The notes under the pieces: generated by a model
What the model was told of the DNA's origin: nothing
The model's database searches: none
Seen by the model: the letters and a program-made list of their open reading frames with translations, nothing else
Translations under genes and position numbers: made by a program
Assembly (NCBI GenBank): GCA_024704765.1
Contig: JAKMXF010000302.1
Location: 1-64,000, forward strand
Direction of reading: 5' to 3'
DNA length: 64,000 nucleotides
Source: Oopsacas minuta
Taxonomy: Eukaryota; Animalia; Porifera
In this document: piece after piece, positions 11,100-20,638 of the stretch
How positions within the stretch are numbered: the stretch's first letter is position 1
Layout: every line of letters starts with the position of its first letter

Positions 11100-11654
11100 A
11101 TGCGTGAATACAAATTGGTCGTACTAGGTTCAGGAGGTGTGGGTAAAAGTGCACTCACTGTCCAATTCGTGCAGGGCATTTTCGTGGAGAAATATGACCC
11201 AACAATTGAAGATTCTTATCGTAAGGCTGTGGAGGCTGATAATGTTCAGTGCATGCTGGAGATACTGGACACGGCAGGAACTGAGCAGTTCACTGCGATG
11301 CGCGACCTCTATATGAAAAACGGACAAGGATTTCTCTTGGTCTATGCCATTACAGCACAATCCACATTTACCGATCTAACAGAGCTGCGTGAGCAAATTC
11401 TGCGCGTAAAAGACCAGGACTCCGTCCCAATGGTACTAGCAGGGAACAAGTGTGATCTGGAAGATGAAAGGACTGTAGGGAAAGATCAAGGGGCTACCTT
11501 AGCCAAACAGTTCTCATGCGCATTCTTTGAGACCTCGGCAAAAGCAAAGATCATGGTGAACGAGATTTTCTTTGATCTAGTGAGACAGATAAACAAACAG
11601 ACTCCCACAGGAGAGAAGAAGAAGAAAAAGGGAGGATGGTGTTCTCTACTATAA
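11100..11654 (+). CDS. RAP1: Ras-related protein Rap1, 184 aa
   Basis: [48 protein letters not shown] (Rap-specific Thr61), polybasic tail and CAAX CSLL. Confidence 0.97.
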   Translation: MREYKLVVLGSGGVGKSALTVQFVQGIFVEKYDPTIEDSYRKAVEADNVQCMLEILDTAGTEQFTAMRDLYMKNGQGFLLVYAITAQSTFTDLTELREQILRVKDQDSVPMVLAGNKCDLEDERTVGKDQGATLAKQFSCAFFETSAKAKIMVNEIFFDLVRQINKQTPTGEKKKKKGGWCSLL

Positions 11655-11782
11655 GTTATCGTATTGTTGTTAGATTTATTAGATGCTTGTCTGTGCTTTT
11701 AACACAAACGTGTTATTATATGTCTATATCTATAGCGCCAACTATCTCCTTCATACCCGCTATCCTATACTATTCCTTAAAC

Positions 11783-11810
11783 TATTCTTATTCTTATTCT
11801 TATTCTTATT
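11783..11810 (+). repeat. (TATTCT)n microsatellite, ~4.7 copies, in the Rap1/LRRC56 convergent 3' region
   Basis: Read directly from the sequence. Confidence 0.8.
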
Positions 11811-11972
11811 ATCTTGTTTAGTGTGTGTGATTATGCAAATCATGGTATATAAATTTATTCTTGAAACTTGCATAAGTAATTTGTACATTAACGTGATAAT
11901 TACTATATATAATAATAATATCTATAAAGGCACAATCGTAAAGGGGAGGGCTTAGTAGTGATTGGATTGCAA

Positions 11973-13145
11973 TTATGATATTTCAGAGTCTATATCAGAA
12001 ATAAGGTCTGTGTTGATGTCAAATCGCAATCTCCAATTATGCAAATCTTCCAGCACAGAGTCTAATTTCTCAGTATTTATAGCCGTACTATTGTCTTTAG
12101 CAATTGAATCAGCCTCCAATCCTTCACAAATGTATTCCAGTTTTGCTTTGGAATGCTTCTTTTTGCCTTTCTTTGCACGAAGAGATTGTGTAAGACTTCC
12201 ACACAGTGAGGACTGTGGTCCTTGAGTCAAATAGGATGCACCCTCTTCGTTCTCAAAAGTTACCTCTTTCGAATAACTGCCCATAGTCTCATAAAATATC
12301 CCTGGGGTAAACGATCTTGTGAAATCTCCAGAGGCTGTTTTAGGTCTTTGGGGGATAATAAGTGATCGCTTTAGATCTGAAACGCGGTCTGAAGTGAGAT
12401 TGAATGATGAAGCCTTTTGCCGAGTTCCTAAGCTAGTTTTTGGCCGTCTTACCAGAGATGGCGCAATAGTAGGAGGAGAAGGGAGGTGGAGAGTAGGATT
12501 AGAAACGATTTTGGTATTGTCCTCATTCTGAAAGCATGGAAAATCAATTCCTTCAACCCTAACAAGGCTAGGTACTAGTGTCTGTAGTTCCTGTGTAAAA
12601 TTATCCCCAAATTCCTCACAAATTGGATTACCATTCATAGATAGAGTAGTAAGAGAGTTACAAAGAGCTAGATGTGTTAGTTGGCTCTTATCCATCACTT
12701 CATTGTATTCAATGTCCACGATAGTTAAGTTTTCTAGAACACTTAATGGACTAAGGTCTGAGATATGATTGAAGGGTAAATATAGTTCCTGTAGTTGAGA
12801 AATTGTTCCAATACCTTCAATCAACTCGATAGAGCATTGGGGAGCATATAAATAGCGTAATGCGTGGAGACCACTTCCTAGACATCTCAATGAAGGGATT
12901 ATGCTACCGATAGTAAGTTTCAGCATAGACAAATTGGGAAGCAACTCTCCAATGTTATCAATTGCTATCTCGTTTGCATTGAGGGATACTTCTAAACAAA
13001 ATGAATCAGACAGACATTGCAACTCTGTAATCTGTTGCAGATAGAAGAGAGATAGTCTGGGAGTGGGAGATTCATTTTCAGGTGTGAAAGAACTGATCAC
13101 AGATAAGCTTGAGCTAAGAGGAGAATTGCTTTCTGTCTGTTCCAT
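11973..13145 (-). CDS. LRRC56: Leucine-rich repeat protein LRRC56 (dynein assembly factor)-like, 390 aa
   Basis: LPNLSMLKL..S.IPSLRCLGSGL..L..L....C...IEGI..ISQLQELYLPFNHISDLSPLSVLENL..VDIEYNEV matches the LRRC56 LRR block as I recall it; disordered C-terminus. Confidence 0.75.
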   Translation of the reverse strand: MEQTESNSPLSSSLSVISSFTPENESPTPRLSLFYLQQITELQCLSDSFCLEVSLNANEIAIDNIGELLPNLSMLKLTIGSIIPSLRCLGSGLHALRYLYAPQCSIELIEGIGTISQLQELYLPFNHISDLSPLSVLENLTIVDIEYNEVMDKSQLTHLALCNSLTTLSMNGNPICEEFGDNFTQELQTLVPSLVRVEGIDFPCFQNEDNTKIVSNPTLHLPSPPTIAPSLVRRPKTSLGTRQKASSFNLTSDRVSDLKRSLIIPQRPKTASGDFTRSFTPGIFYETMGSYSKEVTFENEEGASYLTQGPQSSLCGSLTQSLRAKKGKKKHSKAKLEYICEGLEADSIAKDNSTAINTEKLDSVLEDLHNWRLRFDINTDLISDIDSEIS

Positions 13146-13379
13146 AATTTTGTTTACTTACATCGTATTTTGGGTACTAAGCATAAATCAATTACATATT
13201 GAATTAAATCATATCAGTAATATCAGATTTAACAGAGGGGTAATGTGTATAATGATCTTACCTAACACATTAGATAACAGACACGTTGCTAAATTCTATG
13301 CAAGTAAAATGATGAAATAAAGGTATACATATTTTGCATTTTAACATAAACAATTCTGAATGAGACAGAATGAATCTAA

Positions 13380-14324
13380 TCAATCCTGTTTTCCTACTGA
13401 AGGATATGTCCATATGTATTTGACAAGAATAACATCATCTCGAATGATATGTACTAAAATTCCAGCATACAGAAACACCGAGAGAGAAATGTCCATCAGC
13501 TTGATACAATTGTAGAGCCAGTAAATATGAAGAGACCAATTGATGCCAATAGATATAATGTAGGTAAAGAGAGCGAAATAGCATAATATAATCATCCAAG
13601 ATTTCCTATGAAACATGACTCGCAAACCAAGAAAAATATTCACCGAAAAAGGAATACAACTGAAACTTCCATACAGAAATGACATCTTAACTACTCCAAG
13701 AGATCCTTCCCAACCCTGAGCGCCGATGTTAGTGGACCAGATCCCCATACCGATAAACAATGTCATGACATGATGCATAAAAGTGGAGAATGGCAATTTG
13801 GGAATTAATACGAGGCCCACTATGTCAGTCATCACATAAAGTGCTGTTGTACGCTTCGCTTCTAGAATAGGAAATTCGCCTCCAAAAACCATTCTAAGTA
13901 TTCCTGGTATGAACTGGGTGTTTAGAATCATAGTGCCTAGCACAATGCCTTTCATTACATTAACAATAACATACCATTTCTTATGTACTGGTCGAATTAG
14001 CGAGAATTTTATGTAGAATCTATTTAAAACCAAATGTAGAATAAAGCAAGAGAAAGTATAGATGACAGATGAAATGAACAAACACGACATACAATCGTAC
14101 AAGTGTGTCATCGTAGTGTAATGATTAGAGTTATCGTATTGAGTTAGGTAGGGCTGTAGGGCCGCAGGAGCCTCGAATAGTTTGGCTTGCCAGCAATTAA
14201 AATCAGATTTTGGAAGAACTTCATTGCCAAGATTCGGAAAGGGTTTGTGCAAGAGATCAAGCCCGGAAGGTAGGGACCCGTCTGCACATCGTAACAACAT
14301 AATAGAATAAGACAAGTTAGACAT
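13380..14324 (-). CDS. Multi-pass membrane protein, TLC (TRAM/LAG1/CLN8)-like, 314 aa
   Basis: Several hydrophobic segments, an HH motif (STFMHHVMTL), and FSCIPFSVNIFLGLR resembling the TLC ExSTPFxNxR region. Confidence 0.5.
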   Translation of the reverse strand: MSNLSYSIMLLRCADGSLPSGLDLLHKPFPNLGNEVLPKSDFNCWQAKLFEAPAALQPYLTQYDNSNHYTTMTHLYDCMSCLFISSVIYTFSCFILHLVLNRFYIKFSLIRPVHKKWYVIVNVMKGIVLGTMILNTQFIPGILRMVFGGEFPILEAKRTTALYVMTDIVGLVLIPKLPFSTFMHHVMTLFIGMGIWSTNIGAQGWEGSLGVVKMSFLYGSFSCIPFSVNIFLGLRVMFHRKSWMIILCYFALFTYIISIGINWSLHIYWLYNCIKLMDISLSVFLYAGILVHIIRDDVILVKYIWTYPSVGKQD

Positions 14325-14575
14325 CAGATTGAACCCCAGAATATTCTAGAACAAGCTAAGTATATTAAATGTATTGTAACTAACTGAGACTATAAGTCAA
14401 TAGGAAGTATCATAGAAACAAGCAGTCCATTATTAAGTAGATAACATCTAATATATTAAATGTGCAGCAACTTACCAAGAGGAGATTGCTATGCATAATT
14501 CGCCTAGGTACTGGATGCACGAAGTAGGAATGATACTCTTGTAATAGCATTATTGTTTGTTTAAACAATGTAAAA

Positions 14576-16570
14576 TTAAGTACTTTCAGTCCAAGCCAAT
14601 CGTGTATTGGACTGTTGGATTATTGTTTCTTTAGGACAAAACCTCTTAGATAGAAACTTGCAATCTTCATCGGAAGTAGAATCACTATCAACGGTAAGAA
14701 CTAAGTCATCCTTGGTTTCATTGAGTTTTGAATTTAACAAAGGACTAGAATTAAATTTTGCAAATTTGAAATCAATCAGCTGAGTTATTTTGTAATGATG
14801 CATGTTTCTAACTTCCATATTATTAATTCTTAGTTCTGGTATTGTGGATGGATTTTTCAGCAAGCGGCTCGCACAAGGGCCAGCTACTATGTAACTTATC
14901 GTATTGTAAGGCGTAAAATGGTAATCTTCTCGAATTATATTGTCAATAAGACCTTGCAATATGATACACATACATGCGAAATTTGACACCTCTCTGCTCT
15001 GAAGTTTGTATTCTTTCTTCCAAAGTGTGAGAAGTTTCGCAGCAGTCAACCTTTCTTTGCGAACACTGGCACTTTCAAGTAACGTAAATAAAGAATTGTA
15101 TATATGTTCAACAATTGTATCAGTGTTGTGTCCAGGACAATCTGGGAGAATATCTTGCAGAATCAAACAATTGTCACACATTGTATTGCATTCCTCAGTA
15201 CTAAATGACTCATTGAAATGTTTTGCAATGAGTACTCTCCTGCAAGTAGAACCATCCAGACAGTAGCGTGTGATTGCATTCAAGTTTCTAATACCAATTT
15301 TCTCTGTCATTACCATGCTGCTATGAGGAAAATAGTCTTGTGGTCTGAAGAACAGCACACAGCGAGCAGGTTTCCCATCTCTTCCAGCCCGGCCACATTC
15401 CTGGTAGTAATTCGCTATAGATTTTGGAAAGGAGTGATGAATAACGAAACGAACATCTTTCTTATCGATTCCTAACCCGAAAGCAACCGTTGAGACTACA
15501 ATAAGAACATCACCGCGTAGCCAGCTATGATGCACCTCATTCCTTCTAGCCATTGGTACGCCTGCATGGTAGCAAGCAACACTCAATCTATTCTCCGCGA
15601 GCTGAGTAGTTAAGTATTCGCAGTCTTTCTTGCTAATACAATATATGATCCCAGACGTACCAGAGAATTCTCTATTGATGAGATTAACCAGAGCAGCGAC
15701 TTGATCGCGAAATAGTTCTGCTTTAATTCTAACTTCAAAGAACAAATTTGGACGGTTGAATCCAGACCTATACACCAGAGGTGATGACAGTCTTAAGATG
15801 TCTTGTACATCATGTAATACCTGAGCAGTCGCTGTAGCTGTCAAACCGAGTATAGGAACAGAAGAGAACTGAAGTTTGAAAATACAAAGTTTTTTGTAAT
15901 CTGGCCGGAAGTCGTGACCCCACTGGCTAGTACAATGCACCTCATCTATCACAATAAGTGACAGAAGGGAATTCTCATGAGCCTTCTCCAGACAGGAAAC
16001 AAACTTTTTACTCTTACATATTCTCTCTGGCGTTACAAACAGAAATTTCAATGTAGAACTCGGATTAGATAATAGCTTGTAAATTGAATTAGTCTCTACT
16101 CTGGAAATATCTGAACTTAGCAATTTAGCATTTATTCCAAGAGACAAAAGACTCAAAGTTTGATCTTCCATCAGAGAAATTAATGGACTTACAACCAGAC
16201 AGAATCCTGTCTTTATTAGAGCAGGGATTTGATAACAAAGACTCTTGCCCCCTCCAGTTGGCATTACAAGGAGTAAATCAAACCCAGAAAGGACAGTATT
16301 AATGCTTTCTAACTGGAGAGTACGGAAATCAGAAATATTAAATTGTGTGAGAATTTCTCTCACCTTAGAAGACCAGGGGAAATCTTCTCCAGACCAATCC
16401 TGCTTCATTGCAGATTTACCAGATTCCTGGCTATCCTTCAAAACATTTAGTAATTCAAGCCTTTCAGAACAAAGATCCCTCTCTTCTTTTCTTAGAATTT
16501 TGATTTGATCTTTCACATTTGCAAGTTTATCATCGATTAATAGAATTTGTTTATTCAATTCGATTTCCAT
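14576..16570 (-). CDS. RECQL: ATP-dependent DNA helicase Q1 (RecQ1); probable ATG at 16570 rather than 16723
   Basis: N-terminal coiled coil, FPWS, MPTGGGKSLCYQ, DEVHCTSQWGHDFRPDY, QECGRAGRDG, Zn-binding CRR..CDNC, and the RECQ1 beta-hairpin REDYHFTPYNTISYI. The track ORF's first 51 aa are AT-rich and not homologous. Confidence 0.93.
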   Translation of the reverse strand: MEIELNKQILLIDDKLANVKDQIKILRKEERDLCSERLELLNVLKDSQESGKSAMKQDWSGEDFPWSSKVREILTQFNISDFRTLQLESINTVLSGFDLLLVMPTGGGKSLCYQIPALIKTGFCLVVSPLISLMEDQTLSLLSLGINAKLLSSDISRVETNSIYKLLSNPSSTLKFLFVTPERICKSKKFVSCLEKAHENSLLSLIVIDEVHCTSQWGHDFRPDYKKLCIFKLQFSSVPILGLTATATAQVLHDVQDILRLSSPLVYRSGFNRPNLFFEVRIKAELFRDQVAALVNLINREFSGTSGIIYCISKKDCEYLTTQLAENRLSVACYHAGVPMARRNEVHHSWLRGDVLIVVSTVAFGLGIDKKDVRFVIHHSFPKSIANYYQECGRAGRDGKPARCVLFFRPQDYFPHSSMVMTEKIGIRNLNAITRYCLDGSTCRRVLIAKHFNESFSTEECNTMCDNCLILQDILPDCPGHNTDTIVEHIYNSLFTLLESASVRKERLTAAKLLTLWKKEYKLQSREVSNFACMCIILQGLIDNIIREDYHFTPYNTISYIVAGPCASRLLKNPSTIPELRINNMEVRNMHHYKITQLIDFKFAKFNSSPLLNSKLNETKDDLVLTVDSDSTSDEDCKFLSKRFCPKETIIQQSNTRLAWTEST

Positions 16571-16817
16571 TTTCCATAATAATGTAATAATTAATTTACT
16601 AAAACAGTAATAAGTAGATTTTACACCTGATTCAATATAATAACAATACCATGGATGCAATAATAAACATACGTACATAAGTATTATAGAACATATACTC
16701 ACACTCACACAAATATCTGACAATATAGCCTAAAACTTCTTTGAACTATTCAAAGTGAGAAAGTATTAAAAATCTTAATTATACTAACGAAATAGAAGCT
16801 GTCAATAATTCTGAAAA

Positions 16818-19073
16818 TTAGTTGTCTGTATCTGTAGCATCAGTCGGTATAGAGAATATACCCTGCTGCTCTGATGGGATTATATTCAACTGATTATCTG
16901 TACAGAGACTTGTATCTGTAGTATCAGTCGGTATAAGGAATATACCCTGCGGTTCTGATGGGATTATATTCAGCTGATTATCTGTACAGAGACTTGTATC
17001 TGTAGAATCAGTCGGTATAGTGAATATACCCTGCGGTTCTGATGGGATTATATTCAACTGATTATCTGTACAGAGACTTGTATCTGTAGTATCAGTCGGT
17101 ATAGGGGATATAACCTGCTGCTCTGAAGGGAATATATTCAGCTGATTATCTGTACAGAGACTTGTATCTGTAGTATCAGTCGGTATAGGGGATATACCCT
17201 GCTGCTCTGAAGGGGTTATATTCCGCTGATTATCTGTACAGAGACTTGTATCTGTAGTATCAGTCGGTATAGTGAATATACCCTGCTGTTCTGATGGGAT
17301 TATATTCAGCTGATTATCTGTACAGAGACTTGTATCTGTAGTATCAGTCGGTATAGGGAATATACCCTGCGGTTCTGATGGGATTATATTCAGCTGATTA
17401 TCTGTACAGAGACTTGTATCTGTAGTATCAGTCGGTATAGGGAATATACCCTGCTGTTCTGATGGGATTATATTCAACTGATTATCTGTACAGAGACTTG
17501 TATCTATAGTATCAGTCGGTATAGGGAATATACCCTGCTGTTCTGATGGGATTATATTCAGCTGATTATCTGTAGAGAGACTTGTATCTGTAGTATCAGT
17601 CGGTATAAGGAATATACCCTGCTGTTCTGATGGGATTATATTCAGCTGATTATCTGTACAGAGACTTGTATCTGTAGTATCAGTCGGTATAGGGAATATA
17701 CCCTGCTGTCCTGATGGGATTATATTCAACCGATTATCTGTACAGAGACTTGTATCTGTAGTATCAGTCGGTATAGGGAATATACCCTGCTGTTCTGATG
17801 GGACTATATTCAGCTGATTGCATGAATAAGGAGCAGAGGAAATTTGAGGTTGAGAAGGTGGAAGTATAAAGTTTAAATTTTTCTTGAGAGGAGATTGTGT
17901 GTTTGGATTTGTAAAGTGAGTATCCATTACTTCTGGATTAGGTGGAACTTGCTGATTGTGTACATCCATTGGAGAATAGATAGTCTCTTGATTTCCATTA
18001 GAGTTAGAGAGAGGAGAATTGAAATGAGATGCACCAGTGTTGGACTGCTTATTAGCTCTGCTAACAGCTTTCCTTTCTGCTCGCTCTTTCTGTTCAGTCT
18101 CGTCATCTGAGAACTCTACAGCTTCGGCTGGAGGCTCATTGTCATCAATCCAAGAGGCGTCGGAGCCTTTTTTAACATCTTTTAAGAACACAAACTGAGT
18201 CAACTGACTATCAGCTGGCGAGCAATATAAGGGTTGTCCTATCTTAATGCCCATAGCTCTTATAGCTTGAGGGGAATCAAATAGAATAGAATAGAAAGGC
18301 TGCTTGACTGGGCCAAACGTTTCGTACACAACACCAATGCATTTCCTGTCAGAAGTGAATACACGAGTTTCTGCATCCAGGGGCGGAGTACCAGGAGTTG
18401 AGGCTAGAATTACTATAGTGTCCATGAGGTTAGAGACACAAGAGAACTTTGTAAGCTGAACTCCTTCTTCAAGAACAACTGAAGATAAATCTATAGCTAA
18501 CTTCTTCTCTTGAGCAAGTCTATAATCGTTAGGGCGAGATGTTTCTATCTTTTCCTCGTCTAGACGATCTTCCACATCTGTGTCACTCTCAGAAGAGCTG
18601 CTGCTGTCGGAATCTGAGCTGGAGCTGCTAGAACTGCTGGAACTGCTATAGTTACGATGAGATGAGGTGTATAACTGAGGGTGGTTATGGGCGGGAGAGG
18701 TTTGAGATGAAAAGGTAGAGAGTATTGATGCTGACAGCTTTCTACCTAGAGATGTATGAGATTTAGGGGTAGTAGGTTTCTGCTTTGTAGGAGATATCTG
18801 TTTGGGAGAGTTGTTCATTTCGTTGAGAGAAGATTGAACCTCATTTTGGGGAAGAGGGGGAAATTTTAACTTAGTTGGAGATTTTCTGGGACTATTAGAA
18901 CCTTTTGACATTTTTGAAGTTAGTGACATAAGTCCTCCAGTGAAAAGACTGAACGAACTGCTCCTACCTAGAGGCGCATGTGTCGAAGTTGTTTTCTCAG
19001 AAACTACCACACAGTCGCTACCAAATGCTGCTTGTGTTTCTTCCATAAATTGTCCCTTCTTCTTACGACTCAT
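16818..19073 (-). CDS. NAF1: H/ACA RNP assembly factor NAF1 with repeat-expanded C-terminus, 751 aa
   Basis: Gar1/Naf1 domain (IGVVYETFGPVKQPFYSI) followed by the NAF1 signature KGSDASWIDDNEPPAEAVEFSDDETE; Ser-rich acidic N-terminus. Confidence 0.9.
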   Translation of the reverse strand: MSRKKKGQFMEETQAAFGSDCVVVSEKTTSTHAPLGRSSSFSLFTGGLMSLTSKMSKGSNSPRKSPTKLKFPPLPQNEVQSSLNEMNNSPKQISPTKQKPTTPKSHTSLGRKLSASILSTFSSQTSPAHNHPQLYTSSHRNYSSSSSSSSSSSDSDSSSSSESDTDVEDRLDEEKIETSRPNDYRLAQEKKLAIDLSSVVLEEGVQLTKFSCVSNLMDTIVILASTPGTPPLDAETRVFTSDRKCIGVVYETFGPVKQPFYSILFDSPQAIRAMGIKIGQPLYCSPADSQLTQFVFLKDVKKGSDASWIDDNEPPAEAVEFSDDETEQKERAERKAVSRANKQSNTGASHFNSPLSNSNGNQETIYSPMDVHNQQVPPNPEVMDTHFTNPNTQSPLKKNLNFILPPSQPQISSAPYSCNQLNIVPSEQQGIFPIPTDTTDTSLCTDNRLNIIPSGQQGIFPIPTDTTDTSLCTDNQLNIIPSEQQGIFLIPTDTTDTSLSTDNQLNIIPSEQQGIFPIPTDTIDTSLCTDNQLNIIPSEQQGIFPIPTDTTDTSLCTDNQLNIIPSEPQGIFPIPTDTTDTSLCTDNQLNIIPSEQQGIFTIPTDTTDTSLCTDNQRNITPSEQQGISPIPTDTTDTSLCTDNQLNIFPSEQQVISPIPTDTTDTSLCTDNQLNIIPSEPQGIFTIPTDSTDTSLCTDNQLNIIPSEPQGIFLIPTDTTDTSLCTDNQLNIIPSEQQGIFSIPTDATDTDN
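16821..17819 (-). repeat. Coding tandem repeat, 84-bp unit x ~11.9 (28 aa NQLNIIPSEQQGIFPIPTDTTDTSLCTD)
   Basis: 84-nt period measured directly (TGATTATCTG at 16891 and 16975). Units differ by only a few substitutions and contain no indels. Confidence 0.97.
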
Positions 19074-19666
19074 TGCAATACTGATAATATCCTATATAAG
19101 CTCAATTGTACAATTTAATAAATACTAACCTGAACAATGCTGCAATGAATACCTTACATACAAGGATATGTTACTGACCTGAATTACAATACTAAAGTAA
19201 GCAATTAATCCTAATCTTAAGCACAACAATAACGTATCAGACTTGTTAGTTATAGGATTAGATGCATAAAATGTGACTACCAATATAATTGTAACCTCAG
19301 CTAAGTAGATAGCACATAAAATATATTGAATTACAGATATTACATAGTATGTTCACGTATCCATAATTTAATAACATACGTAATGTATAGGAAGGTGATG
19401 CTGTAATAGGGCAGATTACAACGACGACAATACAAATCCGTACTTTTGTAACAATAGTCAGTAACAATACATAATTGAATATACAATTCACATAACACAT
19501 TGCTATTATATTACTGAAATAGCAAACAATAATCACTAAACTTGGATAAGCAATCACACAATCTATAATTAGTAAATAATTACGATATATACACAAGTTG
19601 TTAGTCTAGGGCTGTATGCCATACACTTACTAATCTATAATTCTATATGTAACTAAATAAATGGTT

Positions 19667-20470
19667 CTATGATTTAAGTTTAGTTACCAGCTCGTTCCTT
19701 AACATCTGTCCGTGAAGTTTCTCACTAGCTGCATGAATGGAGCGTAGATCATTCACTAAATCCCTAGTTTTCCCGAAATAAATCTCATTGATTGAGTTCC
19801 TCATTGAATTCTCTCCATCCTCTATGAGTCTGCCAATATTAGCGATGTGTGGATTAGCTTCATTAATTGGATTATCTGCGGAAGATTGCCTGGTTAAACA
19901 CCCGCCCAGATTCATAGTACCAGAACCTTCTTTGATTGTTAAGAGCCAAAGCATAACAGTAGAAGTAAGCTTATAGAGAGCTTGTTTGCTCTTCTCCTGA
20001 ACTTCAAACACGTGAATGGAGTCCCAGCACCCCTTTATGTTCTTGCTACCATCTCCTATCTTCTTGATGAGAACCACACCAGCAAATCCCTGGTCCATAT
20101 CCCACAAGTACACTGAAGAAACTCCCGACTCAAAATATAACTCGCGATAAACATCAAAGGCAGCGTTCATCTCAATCTCCAGCTTTCTCAGACGCTCAGA
20201 GGGGCATGCTCCGTCCTGTAGTTCTGGGAAGTACTTATTGGACCATGGAGACCGATATGAGTCTCCATCACGGTTGTAGTCGCACTGTAGAAAGTCTTTC
20301 CCAGTTACTTCGTCCTTTGCCACTCGTAATGGCTGATCAACAGAGGCAAGAAGATCTTCACAGAGGTGGGGCACTAGGTCGATAAGGTCGGAGAGGTTCT
20401 TTTCGATTTGTTGTGGGGGCAGACGTCGCATCAGGTCAAGTGCGCTGTCTAATTGAATATCTTGAGCCAT
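19667..20470 (-). CDS. CAPZB: F-actin capping protein beta subunit, 267 aa
   Basis: [62 protein letters not shown]. Confidence 0.97.
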   Translation of the reverse strand: MAQDIQLDSALDLMRRLPPQQIEKNLSDLIDLVPHLCEDLLASVDQPLRVAKDEVTGKDFLQCDYNRDGDSYRSPWSNKYFPELQDGACPSERLRKLEIEMNAAFDVYRELYFESGVSSVYLWDMDQGFAGVVLIKKIGDGSKNIKGCWDSIHVFEVQEKSKQALYKLTSTVMLWLLTIKEGSGTMNLGGCLTRQSSADNPINEANPHIANIGRLIEDGENSMRNSINEIYFGKTRDLVNDLRSIHAASEKLHGQMLRNELVTKLKS

Positions 20471-20638
20471 GTCTCAGTTTGGTATATCTATGAACAATAA
20501 AATAATGTGATAGCTAATAATATAAATAATAGTAGAATATGAAGAGCATTTGGAAATAGAATAAACTGAGAGTTTGAATAGGAAAATAAGTATTTGAGAA
20601 TAAAAATATCGTCACAAAAAGTAAAACTATAATTATCC

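Noticed and set aside
11100-13145. Ras-family gene adjacent to LRRC56, as HRAS is in vertebrates
   Set aside because: This gene is Rap1, not Ras, and the arrangement is tail-to-tail; likely coincidence.
16571-16723. N-terminal extensions given by the ORF track for RECQL (also NABP 27675, GTF2B 28908, Maf 41058, SULT 55118, IFT122 56174)
   Set aside because: AT-rich, non-homologous and containing acceptor-like tracts; mostly from non-ATG or upstream chance starts.
16821-17819. Regular repeat array as a possible CRISPR or satellite
   Set aside because: No unique spacers; the units are contiguous, a multiple of 3 and in frame within NAF1 in a eukaryotic gene.
19297-19596. Hydrophobic AT-rich ORFs (also 11683..11955, 20514..20696, 30253..30447, 40345..40563, 49944..50144) as small membrane proteins
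   Set aside because: Ile/Leu/Tyr/Phe-rich composition is what AT-rich UTR or intergenic DNA gives by default; most lack an ATG start.
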